Part shown: piece after piece, positions 44,374 to 44,877 of the stretch
Layout: each line of letters begins with the position of its first letter
Numbering within the stretch: the stretch's first letter is position 1
DNA from: a virus
Taxonomy: Duplodnaviria; Caudoviricetes
IMG/VR virus record: IMGVR_UViG_3300032225_002661
Location: 1-44,877 of that record
Direction: 5' to 3' (one strand)
DNA length: 44,877 bases
Notes under the pieces: model-generated
The model's input: the letters and a program-made list of their open reading frames with translations, nothing else
What the model was told of the DNA's origin: nothing
Databases searched by the model: none
Translations under genes and position numbers: made by a program

Positions 44374-44877
44374 TTATGAACAAACGTAATTACTCGTACA
44401 CACTACTTGACCCGTACAATTTCCTTCTCTATCTACAGTCTCAGCGCATGCATAAGGAGGACAAGCGCCTCCACCGCAATTAGCGCAAGAATCTCCTACG
44501 CATGAACCATTGCAGCATTTATTTGGGTAACAACAACATCCCGATCCTGTCCCAGGGTAAGGTCCACCATCTCCACAAGAGCAAGAACAACTCCAAGGGC
44601 AGCATGTGCAAGGATTATCTTTACATTTCATTAATGTTCCACAATTACATGAGCTACTTGAACTAGAAGAGCTGCTTGAACTAGAAGAGCTGCTTGAACT
44701 AGAAGAGCTACTCGAACTAGAAGAGCTGCTTGAACTAGAAGAGCTGCTTGAACTAGAAGAGCTGCTTGAACTAGAAGAGCTACTCGAACTAGAAGAGCTA
44801 CTCGAACTAGAAGAGCTACTCGAACTAGAAGAGCTACTCGAACTAGAAGAGCTACTCGAACTAGAAGAGCTACTCGA
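44374..44877 (-). CDS. Poly-serine plus Cys-rich C-terminal domain protein (5' end beyond window)
   Basis: The 85-aa track ORF stays open upstream to the window edge: at least 76 consecutive Ser codons, then CNCGTLMKCKDNPCTCC...; 22 Cys in the last 91 aa. Confidence 0.8.
   Translation of the reverse strand, partial: SSSSSSSSSSSSSSSSSSSSSSSSSSSSSSSSSSSSSSSSSSSSSSSSSSSSSSSSSSSSSSSSSSSSSSSSSSSSCNCGTLMKCKDNPCTCCPWSCSCSCGDGGPYPGTGSGCCCYPNKCCNGSCVGDSCANCGGGACPPYACAETVDREGNCTGQVVCTSNYVCS
44651..44877. repeat. 18-bp tandem repeat GAGCTRCTYGAACTAGAA, 12 full copies plus a partial, encoding Ser6 on the minus strand
   Basis: Directly visible; the variant positions are synonymous for Ser (AGT/AGC, TCA/TCG). 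Confidence 0.97.

Noticed and set aside
44374-44631. Stand-alone 85-aa metallothionein-like peptide starting at 44631
   Set aside because: The frame stays open upstream through CNCGTL and poly-Ser, and there is no SD or promoter motif before this ATG.
44651-44877. CRISPR array
   Set aside because: Repeats are contiguous with no unique spacers, and they encode in-frame poly-Ser.
1-44877. Stop-codon reassignment in this window
   Set aside because: Genes are full length and densely packed under code 11; none appears broken by in-frame TAG or TGA.
1-44877. tRNA, rRNA, integrase or IS elements
   Set aside because: Intergenic gaps are at most about 110 nt and the longest are explained by terminators and promoters; no such motifs were seen.

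Overview
This AT-rich window is the morphogenesis region of a large tailed dsDNA phage (Caudoviricetes). All credible genes are on the minus strand. In transcription order (right to left) it holds: a poly-Ser/Cys-rich protein cut by the window edge, a DUF6734-like putative glycosyltransferase, three accessory virion/fibre-like proteins, a Zn-ribbon protein, a sigma-factor-like protein with a Cys-rich linker, a possible small terminase, an ERCC4 nuclease, TerL, portal, a lysis cassette (holin, lipoproteins/spanins, lysozyme-fold endolysin), protease-scaffold, decoration protein, major capsid, neck proteins, tail tube, tail chaperones, a 2236-aa tape measure and tail-tip/fibre genes. No sheath gene is evident, so the tail may be non-contractile. 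Lipobox proteins in the lysis cassette suggest a diderm host. The most interesting observations are: (1) a tape-measure cassette with four xxxPNF motifs framing a PD-(D/E)xK-like domain, possibly an injected, protease-released cargo; (2) a conserved GTGTAAT motif before structural genes, with a phage sigma factor as candidate reader; (3) very strong [S/T]-G enrichment in tail proteins plus a poly-Ser protein beside a putative glycosyltransferase, suggesting virion glycosylation. Functional calls come from motif recognition and gene order only; no searches were run.
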